Source: Lytechinus pictus (taxonomy: Eukaryota). Taken from it: a stretch of DNA of 64,000 nucleotides. Positions within the stretch are counted from its first letter, which is position 1. The number at the start of each line of letters is the position of its first letter. The stretch covers positions 28,150,001 to 28,214,000 of the forward strand of contig NC_087250.1 of assembly GCF_037042905.1 (NCBI RefSeq), read 5' to 3'. The translations under genes were made by a program, and so were the position numbers. The notes beneath the pieces are model-generated. The model was not told the DNA's origin, did not search any database, and saw nothing but the letters and a program-made list of their open reading frames with translations. Below are positions 1 to 12,834 of this stretch, piece after piece.

Positions 1-3000
1 AATTTTTTCGAGTGCACCATTATTCTCATTATTTATAAATAATCATTATTTAATGTTCGAGTTTTCCATTATTTATAAATAAAGATTATTTGTTAAATAA
101 TGAAATATCTACTTCATTATTTATAAATAATAATTTAGTTTCAATATCCCATTATTTATAAACAATTTTTACAGTTTGCCATTATATACAAATAATCATT
201 ACTTATATACAAATAACCATTATTTATTAAATAATGCCATTATTTATTAAATAATGGAAAACTCGCTATAACATGCAAATGTGGGACCGCCCATGATATG
301 AATATTCATGATGCGATTTCCTTTTTCGTGATTTTTCTTCACAAATTTTTGTCCATTTCCTCTTCATAATGACATTTCTTGAAGCAATTTTCTAGGGATA
401 TGGTCTGATTGTAATATTCTTCATTTTCTATATAACTTCGTCTTCGTAGAAATATCAAAAAGTGTAATTTTATACGATTTTTCCTACAGTTCACAATCCC
501 CATAGGCGCGCGTGTATCGTAGGGACAACTGGTGAATCGACGGAGTGCTCTTCATCGCAATACTACGTTGGTTGGTCCCCGGAAGTGGCGGGCGGAATTT
601 AGCCTGAATCCTCGATGGAAGTCGATCAAGTGCTTATGAGCTGAGAGAGTGAAATATCAGTGTACTTGTACAGGCCCTTCTACTTTTTATAAATATTTCT
701 TGTTGCTTTTTTTGTTAAGTTAATTTTTCCTGGTGTAGAGATAAGTTTCAGTTCTAATAATGCACTTCAAATACATTTTGGAGTGTCTGTTTGAGGCGTT
801 TGGGGCGATTTCACCCTGGCCCCAAAATGCTCGCAACGACAATACGGGGGCATGATGACCCCTAATTTTTTGAAAACTTATTTTTCTATTGAAAATTATC
901 ACAAAATTCACCAAAAGTGTGCACGAAAGCCTTCGTATTTCACTTTTAAAACTCCAAAAAGTGCCCAAATGACAAGCTTGGTCGCTGAATTCGCTGTGTC
1001 GCTTTCAACTTGAGAAAGTTTACGCGTCTGCTTCCCCCCCCCCCCCCCCTCCTCCGAAAGAAATTCTGTATACGGCCATGCTCTAAAGAGCCTGGCACAT
1101 TGATTTATGTATACTTCATTTTCATTATTTTTATCTCATTATCATCATGGCCTTACGCAGAATTTTTTCCGGGGGGGGGTGGGGGGAGCAGGACGCACGT
1201 AAACTTTCTCATAAAAATCTTGAAAAAGCGAAGCGACCAAGCTTATCATTTGAGCTTGGTCGCGTCGCTGTCTCGCTTTCAAGATTTGTTTGAGAAACTT
1301 TACGCGCGTCCTAGCTGCTCCCCCCCCCCCCCCGGTAAAAATTCTGTGTAAGGCCATGTTGATAATGAGATAAAAATAATGAAAATGAAAGTATACATAA
1401 ATCAATGTGCCAGGCTCTTTAGATCATGGCCGTATACAGAATTTCTTTCGGAGGAGGGGGGGGGGGGAAGCAGACGCGTAAACGTTCTCAAGTTGAAAGC
1501 GCGAGCGACCAAGCTTGTCATTTGGGCACTTTTTGGAGTTTTAAAAGTGAAATACGAAGGCTTTCGTGCACACTTTTGGTGAATTTTGTGATAATTTTCA
1601 ATAGAAAAATAAGTTTTCAAAAAATTAGGGGTCATCATGCCCCCGTATTGTCGTTGCGAGCATTTTGGGGCCAGGGTGAAATCGCCCCAAACGCCTCAAA
1701 CAGACACTCCAAAATGTATTTGAAGTGCATTATTAGAACTGAAACTTATCTCTACACCAGGAAAAATTAACTTAACAAAAAAAGCAACAAGAAATATTTA
1801 TAAAAAGTAGAAGGGCCTGTACAAGTACACTGATATTTCACTCTCTCAGCTCATATGCACTTGATCGACTTCCATCGAGGATTCAGGCTAAATTCCGCCC
1901 GTCACTTCCGGGGACCAACCAACGTAGTATTTCGATGAAGAGCACTCCGTCGATTCACCGGTTGTCCCTACGATACACGCGCGCCTATGGGGATTGTGAA
2001 CTGTAGGAAAAATCGTATAAAATTACACTTTTTGATATTTCTACGAAGACGAAGTTATATAGAAAATGAAGAATATTACAATCAGACCATATCCCTAGAA
2101 AATTGCTTCAAGAAATGTCATTATGAAGAGGAAATGGACAAAAATTTGTGAAGAAAAATCACGAAAAAGGAAATCGCATCATGAATATTCATATCATGGG
2201 CGGTCCCACATTTGCATGTTATAGCGAGTTTTCCATTATTTAATAAATAATGGCATTATATAATAAATAATGGCATTATTTAATAAATAATGGTTATTTG
2301 TATATAAGTAATGATTATTTGTATATAATGGCAAACTGTAAAAATTGTTTATAAATAATGGGATATTGAAACTAAATTATTATTTATAAATAATGAAGTA
2401 GATATTTCATTATTTAACAAATAATCTTTATTTATAAATAATGGAAAACTCGAACATTAAATAATGATTATTTATAAATAATGAGAATAATGGTGCACTC
2501 GAAAAAATTATTTATAAATAATGAAGTAGACGTTTTCATTATTTAACAAATAATCATTATTTATAAATAATGGAAAACTCAACAAATTATTTATAAATAA
2601 TGAAAAACAAATAATCATTATTTATAAATAATGAAAACAAATAATCATTATTTATAAATAATGAAAAACAAATAATCATTATTTGTAAATAATGAAAAAC
2701 AAATAATCATTATTTATAAATAATGAAAAACAAATAATCATTATTTATAAATAATGAAAAACAAATAATCATTATTTGTAAATAATGAAAAACAAATAAT
2801 CATTATTTATAAAAAATGAAAAACAAATAATCATTATTTATAAATAATGAAAAACAAATAATCATTATTTATAAATAATGGAATGTCGAACTATTATTAT
2901 TTACAAATAATGAAGTATTACTTGGAATTATATATAAATAATTAGAAATGATATTTTATATAATAGTAGTTATTTACAAATAAATTGTAAATTATATATA

Positions 3001-3081
3001 AATAATAGTTATTATTTAATAAATAATGATTATATAACAAATAATTGTTCTATATAATATTGGTACATTCGGCGCCTCATA
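1..3081. mobile_element. Foldback-type non-autonomous element: giant palindrome centred at ~1248 with an AT-rich tandem outer domain; left end lies outside the window
   Basis: 1-~1243 is the reverse complement of ~1253-2509 (aattttttcgagtgcacc at 1 vs ggtgcactcgaaaaaatt ending 2509). Centre is gcgaccaagct-tatcatttg-agcttggtcgc. The arm continues into a tandem array and appears to end at ggcgcctcata (3081). Confidence 0.8.
2510..3050. repeat. AT-rich tandem repeat, ~31-bp unit (aaaaacaaataatcattattttataaataatg)
   Basis: About 9 near-identical units at 2600-2880, degenerating on both sides. Confidence 0.9.
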
Positions 3082-4450
3082 TTTTTCCAGCGTTTTCGGA
3101 CCTTCACAGACAGTGGCGTAGCTAGGATTTTTTTCCCGGGGGGGGGGGCACTGGGGGGTCCTTGCTTTTTCAGGGGGGGGGGGCACCGGCCATTTTTCCG
3201 GTGTGTGTGTGTATGTGTCACAAGGGCGGATCCGACTTTCGCCAATAGGGGACGGGGCCCGAAATTATCTTCACCTATATCAGTCACTTCTCAGTTTTAT
3301 TCTTATAAAACAACGTAAACATGAAATAATCTCATAAGCCTTATAAAAAGTGCGAGCGCGAAGCGCGAGCGATTTTTTTTTTTTTTCTTTTTTTACTTTC
3401 ATGTATTTTTTCCTGAAAATTTAATTTTCTGGGCAATGTTATGTGGGATCCTGAACAAGATTCGTATGTAACTAGATGGTTACTGCGAACGCCAAGCGCG
3501 AACAGAAATTTTTATCAACTGATCTAGCATTATCGAAAAGGGACCTGTTAAGGACTGCTTACAGTAACCCACGAAGACGGTATATATTCCAATAATGCGA
3601 GTGCGAAGCGCGAGCAAATTTTTTGACATTCCGACCTAAAAAATTGTCTTTCTAAGCACTTATTGTATTAATAAATGGGATAGGTATGTAACTAAATAAT
3701 TGATGCGAGCGCGAAGCGCGAGAGGAAGAAAATTGAGATTTTAGACCTAAAAGCGGGACACTCTATCCATATTTTGTAAATCATAAATAGGATATAGTCA
3801 ATTGGGTATCATTAATAATGCGATTGTGAAGCGTGAGCAGACGATTATTGATATTCCGATGTGAAACTGGATAATACATTTTAAATAAAAAACATGCAGG
3901 CTATCGCGCATGTTTTAGATTTAGACCTAGAATCTGGGCATTCTGAATACATTTGTTTAATGGAACATTATGGAATACAATATGAACTTGGCAAATCAAA
4001 CAATGTGACCACGCAGCGTGAGCTTAAAATGCTGATATGTAGACCATAAAACGGACCGATTTACAGAGCACTTAAATTTGTAAATGAAAAAAAAATAATG
4101 AATGCTCGATGTCCGAGCTAAAATATGTTTTGCATATTGACTTCAAAACTTGCTCCATATCAGCCTATTGAGCAAGATATGAATCTCATCGAACAGGCAA
4201 TTCTGGCGCGAAGTGCCAGCAAAAATTTTACATAGGAACATGAAAAGATTTTTTTTTTATTGCAAGTCTTCCCCTCACATTATTTCATTCACTCGTCTTC
4301 CTCCTCTTATTTTCCTCTTTTTTTATTCTGTCTTTCTTCTTTTTTTCCTTTTTCTTTTCTTCTTTTCCGTTTTTCTTTTCTTCTTTCTCCCTTTTTTTTT
4401 TTTTTTTTTTTTTTTTTGCTCAGCCAATTTTTTCTGGGGGGCACCTGGGG
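3082..4450. repeat. Inverted paralog of the MITE composite at 4770-13947
   Basis: 3082-3234 is the reverse complement of 13788-13947; ~4400-4450 is the reverse complement of ~4770-4810; 4100-4294 is a direct match to 4825-4851 plus 13623-13788. Confidence 0.75.
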
Positions 4451-5929
4451 GGGGGGGGGGATACACCAAGGTGCCCCCCCCCCCGAAAAAATTGGCTGAG
4501 CAATTTCGTTTTTGGAGATCAAAAACAGAAGAATGAAATCAAAAATACTTTTGGGCTCTTTCTGATTTCTCATTCTATACTTGTGTTTGTTATATATCAA
4601 AAACAAAATCAGAACACGCTTTCCCCTCCGTGATTCTGTTTGGAAAAACGCAGACAGCGAAAACGAAAACGAAATCGGAAGCTCGCTTTCCACTTCCTGC
4701 TCTGTGAACAGTGGCGTAGCTACGGGGTGGTGGCCTGGGGGGTGGGGGCACGTGCCCCCCCCCCCCCCCCCCAGGTGCCCCCAAGAAAAAATTGGCTGAG
4801 CAAAAAAATGAAGAAAAAAAAAATGAAAGCTCGATGTCCGAGCTAAAATATTGTCACGAAATGGGTTTTATTTCGTGTGTAGAAAATTATCTTTGGTTGA
4901 TTTATAATGATTTTGTCGTAGCTGGCGATTTTACATGCATGTTTCTACACTAATAATGAAGTAGATAACAACATGAAAGTTATGCATGTTTTGAACCGTT
5001 TTTGTTGAATAACAATTTCCTGGAGATGTTTAACTGATTATTGTGGTTATCACAAGCTTGGTCTAAATAAATGCTTTAATTTGATATGTCATTCATGCAT
5101 ATCCGGTTTTGGAGAGCAAAGTTATAGCTGTTCTAAGATTGTAACAGAGGATAACTATAACAGATATTGTATAATTAATGCATAAGTACAGTAAGATGAA
5201 AACTCGTGAGGCTTTGCCGATAATCTGTTAAAATACGGCGCCCACGGGGTGCATTGCACGTAAAGTATGCAGATTGATTTGGATTCGCTATCCAATAAAT
5301 AAAGTTGGTGGATGCGATCGAAATGATTTATATGATCGTTCGCATGTCTTTCCACGGGGAAACATTAGTCTACAACTGTAGACCCACATCTGCAGTGTGT
5401 GTATCACAGCTGATTCAAGGAGTCTGCATAGCAGACTAGGTCTACTAGAGCCTGCAGATCTGGGTCTACAACTTGTTTGACCAATGTACACGAAACGTGT
5501 ACACAAGGCGGAGCTTGCTGAAACCATCCGTTGCCAGTAGATACCATGATTGACAGCAGATTTGTGGAAGTAGGGGCAAGAGAGGGATTAGGATCCAGCT
5601 GTTCTGACCATTTCTTATCTTGTGGAATTTAAACAAATAGGGTATACTCCTCTTTCACTTTTGGGGCTTGCCACATACACATAGGATCCATATACATGCA
5701 TAGATACATATATGAATGTACTTGAGTAGTCAGGAGATGGAATGGTTTGGATGATAGGTCCATGATGATACCAAAGTCTGTAATAGCTCATGGTTATAAT
5801 AGCATAGGGCATATTTTGAAACATTTTTTGTTACAGCAAGGAACGTGTATGGAACTAATACAGTATATGAATGTGTAGAAGATGCCCTGATCACCCCCCG
5901 GGTCTTTTATAAGTGACATGGAATAAACC

Positions 5930-6290
5930 TTGTCTTTTTCTCTCTTTCTCTTCCTTTCTTTCCTTTTTTTCTTTTTTCCTCTTTTCATTCTTCTTGATTT
6001 TTTTTTCTTTTCCTCTTTTCTTCTCTTTTGTTTTCTTTCTTTTTTCTCTCTTCTTTTTGTCTTTATATCTTCCTTTCTTTCCTTTCCTTTCTTCCTTTTT
6101 ATTTCTTTCATTCATTCATTTTTTCCTTCCTTTTTTTTCATTTTTATCTCTTTCTCTCTCTCTCTCTTTCTTTCTTTCATTCTTTCCCTTCCTCCTCCTT
6201 TCTTATTTTTTCTAATTTTATTTTCATTTTTATTTCATTTGCTCTCTCATTCTTCTTCCTTTCCTCCAATGTCCTGTTTTTTTTATGTTA
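5930..6290. repeat. Polypyrimidine (CT-rich) low-complexity tract
   Basis: Almost only T and C; produces spurious F/L/S- and K/R/E-rich ORFs. Confidence 0.9.
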
Positions 6291-6348
6291 TTTATCATCC
6301 TACGTGTATCTTTATCATTTCTACAATATAATGGAACTGATTGATTAA

Positions 6349-6939
6349 AGGACAAGTCCACCCCAACAAAACTTGATTTGAATAAAAAGAGAAAAATTCA
6401 ACAAGCATAACACTGAAAATTTCATCAAAATCGGATGTAAAATAAGAAAGTTATGACATTTAAAAGTTTCGCTTCATTTCACAAAACAGTTTGATATGCA
6501 CATCTCGGTCGGTATGCAAATGAGGGAACTGATGACATCACTCACTCACTATTTCTTTTGTATTTTATTATATGAAATGTGAAATATTTTTATTTTCTTG
6601 TCATTTTCATGGTGAAATGAAGTTTCATTCCTCCCTGAACACGTTTAACATTTTATGCTTCAGGCAAAGAGGTCCTAATCATCAAATTCGTAAAAATTGA
6701 AATATTGTGTAATTCAAACAATAAAAAACAAAAGAAATATTGAGTGAGTGACATCATCGACTCTCTCATTTGGATGTAACTGGCTCGTTCATATAACTAT
6801 TTTGTTAAAAATAAGCGAAACTTGGAAATGTCATAACTTTCTTATTTTACATCCGATTTTGATGAAATTTTCAGCATTGTGCTTGTCTGATCTTTCTCTA
6901 TTGATTCAAATCAACATTTTTCTGAGGTAGACTTGACCT
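6349..6939. mobile_element. TTAA-targeting MITE with long imperfect TIRs (Kolobok-like)
   Basis: TTAA|aggacaagtccac ... gtagacttgacct|TTAA; subterminal arms inverted (catcaaaatcggatgtaaaataag / cttattttacatccgattttgatg). Confidence 0.8.
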
Positions 6940-7360
6940 TTAATGAACCAAACCGTTTTCTAAAGTACAAAATAAGAAATTATATGAAATTTTAGCGTGC
7001 AACATTAACCTTATGTACTACTCACATAAGATATGACTTGTTCTCCTTTCTTATACCCTCTTTATTTCTTCCCCTTCCTTTCCTTCTTGTTATCTTTTCT
7101 TTCTCTTTCTCTTTGTCTCTTTTCTTCTTTTCCGTTCCTTCTTCTTACATCTTAATAAATTAAGTTTTGTTTGCCCTGCCATTAGCATTTAGTTTCACAT
7201 TTTCTTTATAATTCTATTCTTTCGACTTCAATGTTTCCTTCTTCATTAAGCCTATTGTGAATGTTTTGATGTTTTGTTTTATGGCTAATATCAAATAAAG
7301 ATAAATTATATATATTTCATTTACAGATGAGATTCAGACATCCCCATTGCACATGAAATA

Positions 7361-7501
7361 CAGGGGCCGCGGAAGCGGGGGGGGGGGGGGTGACCCCACT
7401 TTCAAAGCCGTGTACATAATCGTAAAAATGACCATATGATTGTGATTTTTGGCGTCATCAGCCCCCCCCCCCTACTTTGAAAACCATTTCTACGGCCCCT
7501 G
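7361..7501. mobile_element. Short MITE with CAGGGGCCG TIRs
   Basis: caggggccgcggaa ... ttctacggcccctg with poly-G and poly-C arms. Confidence 0.6.
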
Positions 7502-7599
7502 AAATATACACTGTTCATCATCACACCGGACACCTCGGGCCCACCCTGGATCCGCCTATGAAATGCATTTTTTTTTAGAAGAAGTAGCATACACTACAG

Positions 7600-7888
7600 C
7601 AGTGGCGTACCTAGGATTTTCCACAGGAGGGGAAAATTTGCCAGCCAAAAAATTTGACAAGCAAAAAAAAAAAGAAAGAAAAGGTCCTCAATCGAAAATA
7701 AAGGTTTTCGTACCAGAAAAAATATTGACATGCAAAAAAAAAGAAAAAGGCCTTCAAGTTTGTCAGGGGGGGGCAATAAAGGTCTTTCAAGCTCGTCAGG
7801 GGGGGCAGGGATATGTCTTTTGTATGGGTTGTGGCTCGTCAGGGGGGGGGGGCAGATTTCCCCCCCCCCCCCCGTAGGTACGCTAGTG
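7600..7888 (+). mobile_element. hAT-type MITE
   Basis: cagtggcgtaccta ... taggtacgctagtg; perfect 8-bp TSD cactacag (7592-7599 / 7889-7896); same family as 38279-38434. Confidence 0.85.
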
Positions 7889-8251
7889 CACTACAGCCAA
7901 TATAACTGGTAAGCACATATTTAACAGACAACAAAAAAAAATTACCTACTTTCCACAATTCAAATCCAACAAATTAATATTTTGAAACAAAATAATTATC
8001 CTTCAAAGCAATGGGGCATAATACATGTAAGCAGTTTGCACTAATGAGTAAAGCATCAAGGCATATAGCTCCCGGGCATACCAATATGCAACTTTCACAT
8101 CTTTGGCATCGACATTGCATGTGTTGACAAAGCTAATTGTTTTCATATTCAGTTCATTCAGCAGGATTGGCTGATTTAAATCACGTTGATTTTAATCGCG
8201 ATTTAAGCGATTTAAATCACTGTGATCATTTTTTTCAAATCATTGATTTAA

Positions 8252-9007
8252 AGGTCATATCCACCCCAGAAAAAAAGAGTTTAATTGAATAAACATAGAG
8301 AAAAATCAAACAAGAATAACGCTGGAAACTACATCAAAATCGGATGTAAAATAGTTTATGATAACATTTTAAAGTTTCGCTTATTTTTCACAAAACAGAT
8401 CGTTTTATAAAGCTGTTCGTAAGTTAAGAGCGACTTTAAGAACGATTTGAGATCCTTTCTTGTGGTAAATTGTATATACATTGGCGATGGTTTATCGCGT
8501 AAGAAGTGTTCACCAGTCGTTCTTTAAGTCGCTCTTAACTTGTGAACAGCTTTATGAAACGGCCCCCAGTTATAATGACAATTCAGTGATATGAAAATTA
8601 GAGAGTCGATGATGTCACTCACTCACTATTGCTTTTGCATTTTTACTGTTTGAATTATACAACATTTCAATTTTTACGAATTTAACAAATAGGACCCTCT
8701 TGTTTGAACTACAAAATGTTAAAACAATGTAATCCCACATGGTCAGGGAGGAATGATTTTTTTTTCATAAAAATATTTCATATTTCACATAATAAAATAC
8801 AAAAAAAAAATGAGTGATGTCATCGCCCTAATTTGCATACCGACAAGGATTTGCATATAACCACGGTTTTGTGAAACTAAGCAAAATTTTTAAACGTCAT
8901 TACTTTCTTCTTTTAGATCGGATTTTGATGAAATTTTCAGCGTTATGCTTGTCTGATTTTCTCTTACTATTCAAAGCAGCTTTTTGTTGGGGTGCATGAC
9001 TTTTCCT
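8252..9007. mobile_element. TTAA-targeting MITE (Kolobok-like), same family as 6349-6939
   Basis: TTAA|aggtcatatccacccc ... ggggtgcatgacttttcct|TTAA; internal similarity to 6349-6939. Confidence 0.8.
8400..8567. mobile_element. Small palindromic MITE nested in the TTAA element
   Basis: cgttttataaagctgttcgtaagttaagagcgactttaagaacga pairs with tcgttctttaagtcgctcttaacttgtgaacagctttatgaaacg; absent from the paralog at ~6485. Confidence 0.75.
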
Positions 9008-9919
9008 TTAAATCACTTCCATTGAAACATGTACAAATTATTTGGGATTTTGTATTGTTTGTGGCAGTTTTACTTTTTAAATTAAAAAGAGAAAGATTTT
9101 ACCAACTTTATATCATGAGAACAGGAATAAATCCTTCATATCTACTCAGAACAATTGAAATCAAATCAATGAAATCAAGTCAATCTTGCCAAACCAAAGA
9201 TGAACATGTAGCCTACATTATATGCGACCCCTACTCAACTTGTATGTATGAGTAGACTTTGTTAATAGTAAAACAAATTTCTTGTTTTTTTATGTCAAAA
9301 TTCAAAAGTGTTTTAGAGGGCAGTTTTCAAGAAAGTAAAGGAACTCTGAACTTATTAGGCTGAATCTCAACATGATAGATTTTTGCCAGGATGGGTTATA
9401 ACCATGGATCCTATACTAGAAAAAGCCTGTTCAGACATTCTGAGTAGGATTGTGCTTCATTCAGCCAGTTCACTGAAAAAGGTTCAGTAATTAAGTACAT
9501 GTACATTTATTTTAAAATATGTATGAATGTTCTTGGCAAAGGGCACTAACATGACTAAATCATAACAACTATACATTTTAGTGCCCTTTGCCAAAATGAT
9601 TTATGTTTGTACATTTTTAAGTGAATATTTTGAATTGAGTACAATAAAAGTAAAAATCGGCAACGTCCCTGCTTACCCAATACACCGATATTTTAACATT
9701 TCTATTCCTTTACATGTTCCTGTATTCAAATAAATAGGCCGACACAGTAGTATAAGGGAACCCGTTTTCTTATTTTAGCACAACTGCTGCTAAAATACTA
9801 GTTTTCCAGTTTATTGTAAACGAAATCATTTAAATCAACTTGCAAGTTTGTCAAAACTTTGCAAGCCAATGCTTTGAAACAGTCAAATAGTTCCAACTAT
9901 GGCTCAAAGAAGAACTTAA

Positions 9920-10517
9920 AGGAATTGTCCAGGCTGGAGAAATTATGATACATGTATCAATAAAGAAAGTAAAATTCACAGAGTAAAAAACTGAAATTTG
10001 ATCAAAATCGGATAACAAATAACAAAGTTATTGAATTTTAAAGATTTCTTTTCGATTATTCCGGTAAAACATTTCTAGGCATGTCTTCATGAATATCCGT
10101 TAGTTGGGCTTATGATGGCATATCTCCACTTGTTCTTTTGATTATGATTATGTGAAATTAGGTTTATTAAAAAGGAATTTACCAAGAACTAAAAACAATT
10201 GAATTGGCAACTAATAAGTACATTAGTTATTTATTGCCGCAACTAATTTCATCATAATGGAGACACATTATTTACACATGTATAAAAAAAAAATGAAACA
10301 ATTATGATTTCATGTTGTAAGAAAAAGGAAAGAGGGGATGTGACATCATCAACCCACCAAATGAACATTCATGACGATGTAAATATAACTGTTTTCACAA
10401 AATACTGATAAACTTTAAAATACAATAACTTTGTTATTTGTCATCCAATTTTGGTGAAATTTTCATCATTTTACTCTATTTATTTAGATCTGAATATTTT
10501 CAGCCAGGTCCATTCCT
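9920..10517. mobile_element. TTAA-targeting MITE (Kolobok-like)
   Basis: TTAA|aggaattgtccaggctg ... cagccaggtccattcct|TTAA; it interrupts a ~95-bp tandem duplication (9850-9919 / 10522-10645). Confidence 0.8.
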
Positions 10518-10769
10518 TTAAGGTTGATACAAACAAAAATAAATGCAGTCGGTCAAAGCTTTGAAAGCCAATGCTTTGAAACAGTCGTTCCAACTGTGGC
10601 TCAAAGAACAACTTGGGGTTGAATCAAACAAAAGATAAATGCAGTTTTCTTTAACATGTATGATCTTCAATCCTTGACCTGAAAATAAAATTTAAAAAAT
10701 ATATCTCTTTGGAGAACTTGAATCTCTGAGTCATGGAAATCTTCCAAATAAACTGATCCTCATTAAATA

Positions 10770-10900
10770 CCAAGAGCTTTGAAAATGAACACCAACTTTG
10801 CTTGTTTGCAGCATTAGCTGTACCAAGACAGTTCCTTTGAACCAATAAGTAGAAGCTCTCTACATGTACTTTAGACACAGCAGAAAATGTCAGCTTCTTT
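10770..10900 (-). pseudogene. hAT transposase C-terminal dimerisation-domain remnant
   Basis: Minus strand reads SAVSKVHVESF..LVQRNCLGTANAA then, after a frameshift, AKLVFIFKAL. This resembles the hAT motif S..VER.FS...RNRLG...A.KLVF. Confidence 0.55.
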
Positions 10901-11539
10901 ATGGCTTTAATATTTTCTATAAATTATATTTTGACTGGATTTGATTATGAAATAGTTAAGAATAATTTTGGTGGTGAAATGCATAATTTTAAAATTGATG
11001 TCAGTGTGAAGGGTTATATTTTGGGTGTTTGCACTTTGTTAAAAAAAATTTGTTAGAAAAAATCAGATTGAAATTTAAAAAAATCTGATTTAAATCAAAT
11101 AGATCCGATTTAGGTTTATATAAAAAAATTGCCAACATTTTCATTCAGCATACTTTTGAGTTTGAAAGTACCTGATTATCACATACATTATGGCTGGCAT
11201 AAAAACACTTTTAATACAAAGGTGAACGAATGTTGCTGGGCATGACAACTTACACAAGGCTAATTAAGGCTAATTAATATAAAACTGAGCTAACATAACA
11301 GTAAAACAGGTTGAATACAGTAGCATGGAGAAGTGACTACAAATACAAGGTCCAATCAAGAAACTATGGTTAGAAGTTAATTCCAAACAGGAACAAAATA
11401 AAACATAGCTATCCTGTTTGATTAAAAGTATGATAGTTTACAAACTTACAATCGTGAAATTTAAGATTTTCATTTTGTAAACTATCATATTTAATATTTA
11501 AGTTCTGAATTTTATGAGAATGGTGTTTTTGAGTTTGAT

Positions 11540-12318
11540 ATTTTGGGTTTTAAGTACCATATGATAAATGTTTTAAGGAATACTGGTTTAATTTACAAAC
11601 TTAAGCTTAGTTTGCTTCATAAAAATCTGATAACTTTATACCATTCCATGATTTTCTCTTATTTAAAATATTGCAATTCCAATGTAACCTCATATAAATT
11701 GGACTCAATATTCAACAGAAATGTTTAAGAATAATTACCTATTCTAATAGCACCATCCGCACCTTTATTTAATAAGCGAGAACTCACAATATTTATCTAT
11801 AAGTTCAAGAAGAGGTAGTTGTTACCCATGTAGTTTTCAGATCTTTTTCAATGCAATAATCAAGTTCATAACCATAATACCCGTTCTTCCAATAAATTTC
11901 ATTTATGGTCTATTAGGTCTATAGTCACGAAGCTGAGTTATGTAGGTCCCAAACAATGGAATGATATTCCCCAAATAATAACTAATTCACAATTTATATA
12001 TTCTTTTAGAAAACAGTATTCAAATTTTCTAGTAAATTATTATTAATTCTCACACATGATATCAATGCATACTTGTAACGTATCTACCCCCCTCAACTCG
12101 TGTTTTTTCTCCTTTTTATATACACTATTAACTATAATGATATGATATTCTGTTTTGTATTAATGTTGTTTTGTTTTTACTATGTTTTGGCGAGCCTCAC
12201 ATGTTTCTTATTACCTTCATGGGAAGCCACGCAATTTATTTTTATTATCTAATCACATTATTTGATGTTTCCTTGTATTTTTATCCTATTTGCGAAATAA
12301 AGATTGAATTGAATTGAA
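11540..12318 (+). mobile_element. 5'-truncated, degenerate CR1/L2-group LINE 3' end
   Basis: LITLYHSMIFSYLKYCN RT C-terminal motif, downstream GPKQWNDIP, and tail aataaagattgaattgaattgaa. Confidence 0.7.
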
Positions 12319-12834
12319 TATCCACTATTTTGGGCCATGGAGCAAGGTTTTGGCCATACATGCAGCTGCTCAGTGGAATGTCATATGTAAACACTGTCTG
12401 ATGGCCTGAGCGAGGGTATTACATAATAACCCTGCTCATGTCTCTGTGGTTGAAGTAGGGGATTATCTATACTCCTCAGTGGTCATAAAATTTGGTTTAC
12501 AGACAGATGAAGTTATCAAATGAAAGCTCTCTGAAATTTTGGGTGGGTGGGACTTATTTTGACCGTGGGAACAAGATTTCCAAAGAAGAAGCAGACTCTG
12601 AAATGGCTCGCTTCGCTCGCCCTTTCAGGCTGGTTTGCTTCGCAAACCAGCTGCAGATCCCACTTCACGAGCCATTCAGAGTCTGCATAGCAGACTAGGG
12701 AAACCTAGGGTGGATTTCTAGTCCTCGGCGACGACTGTGGTTAGATTTCCTTGTGTGTTGGGTCTTTTGCACGCCAGCAAGAGACTATACCAGGGCTTGC
12801 TCTTTTGGTTAGTCTGGTTGGTGTGGAGGCGGAC

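Larger units (their letters stand above)
8162..11140 (-). mobile_element. Degenerate hAT transposon with a transposase C-terminal remnant
   Basis: Perfect 8-bp TSD tcattcag (8154-8161 / 11141-11148); ends caggattggc / gccaacattt; subterminal gatttaaatc repeats at both ends. Confidence 0.75.
5366..12697. mobile_element. Non-autonomous DNA transposon with TAGTCT...AGACTA ends, 9-bp TSD and branched terminal hairpins (Academ/AcademH-like, tentative)
   Basis: TSD gggaaacat (5357-5365) / gggaaacct (12698-12706); 6-bp TIR; hairpins at 5368-5470 and 12591-12696. Confidence 0.6.

Noticed and set aside
720..1770. Mirror-image ORFs on both strands
   Set aside because: They follow from the palindrome and poly-G/C runs; no recognisable domains.
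5480..5900. Transposase or helicase remnant inside the hairpin-ended element
   Set aside because: Composition looks coding-like, but I could not match any motif in any frame.
5794..6348. K/R/E-rich and F/L/S-rich ORFs (also 4213-4693 and 16644-17041)
   Set aside because: Translations of purine/pyrimidine low-complexity tracts.
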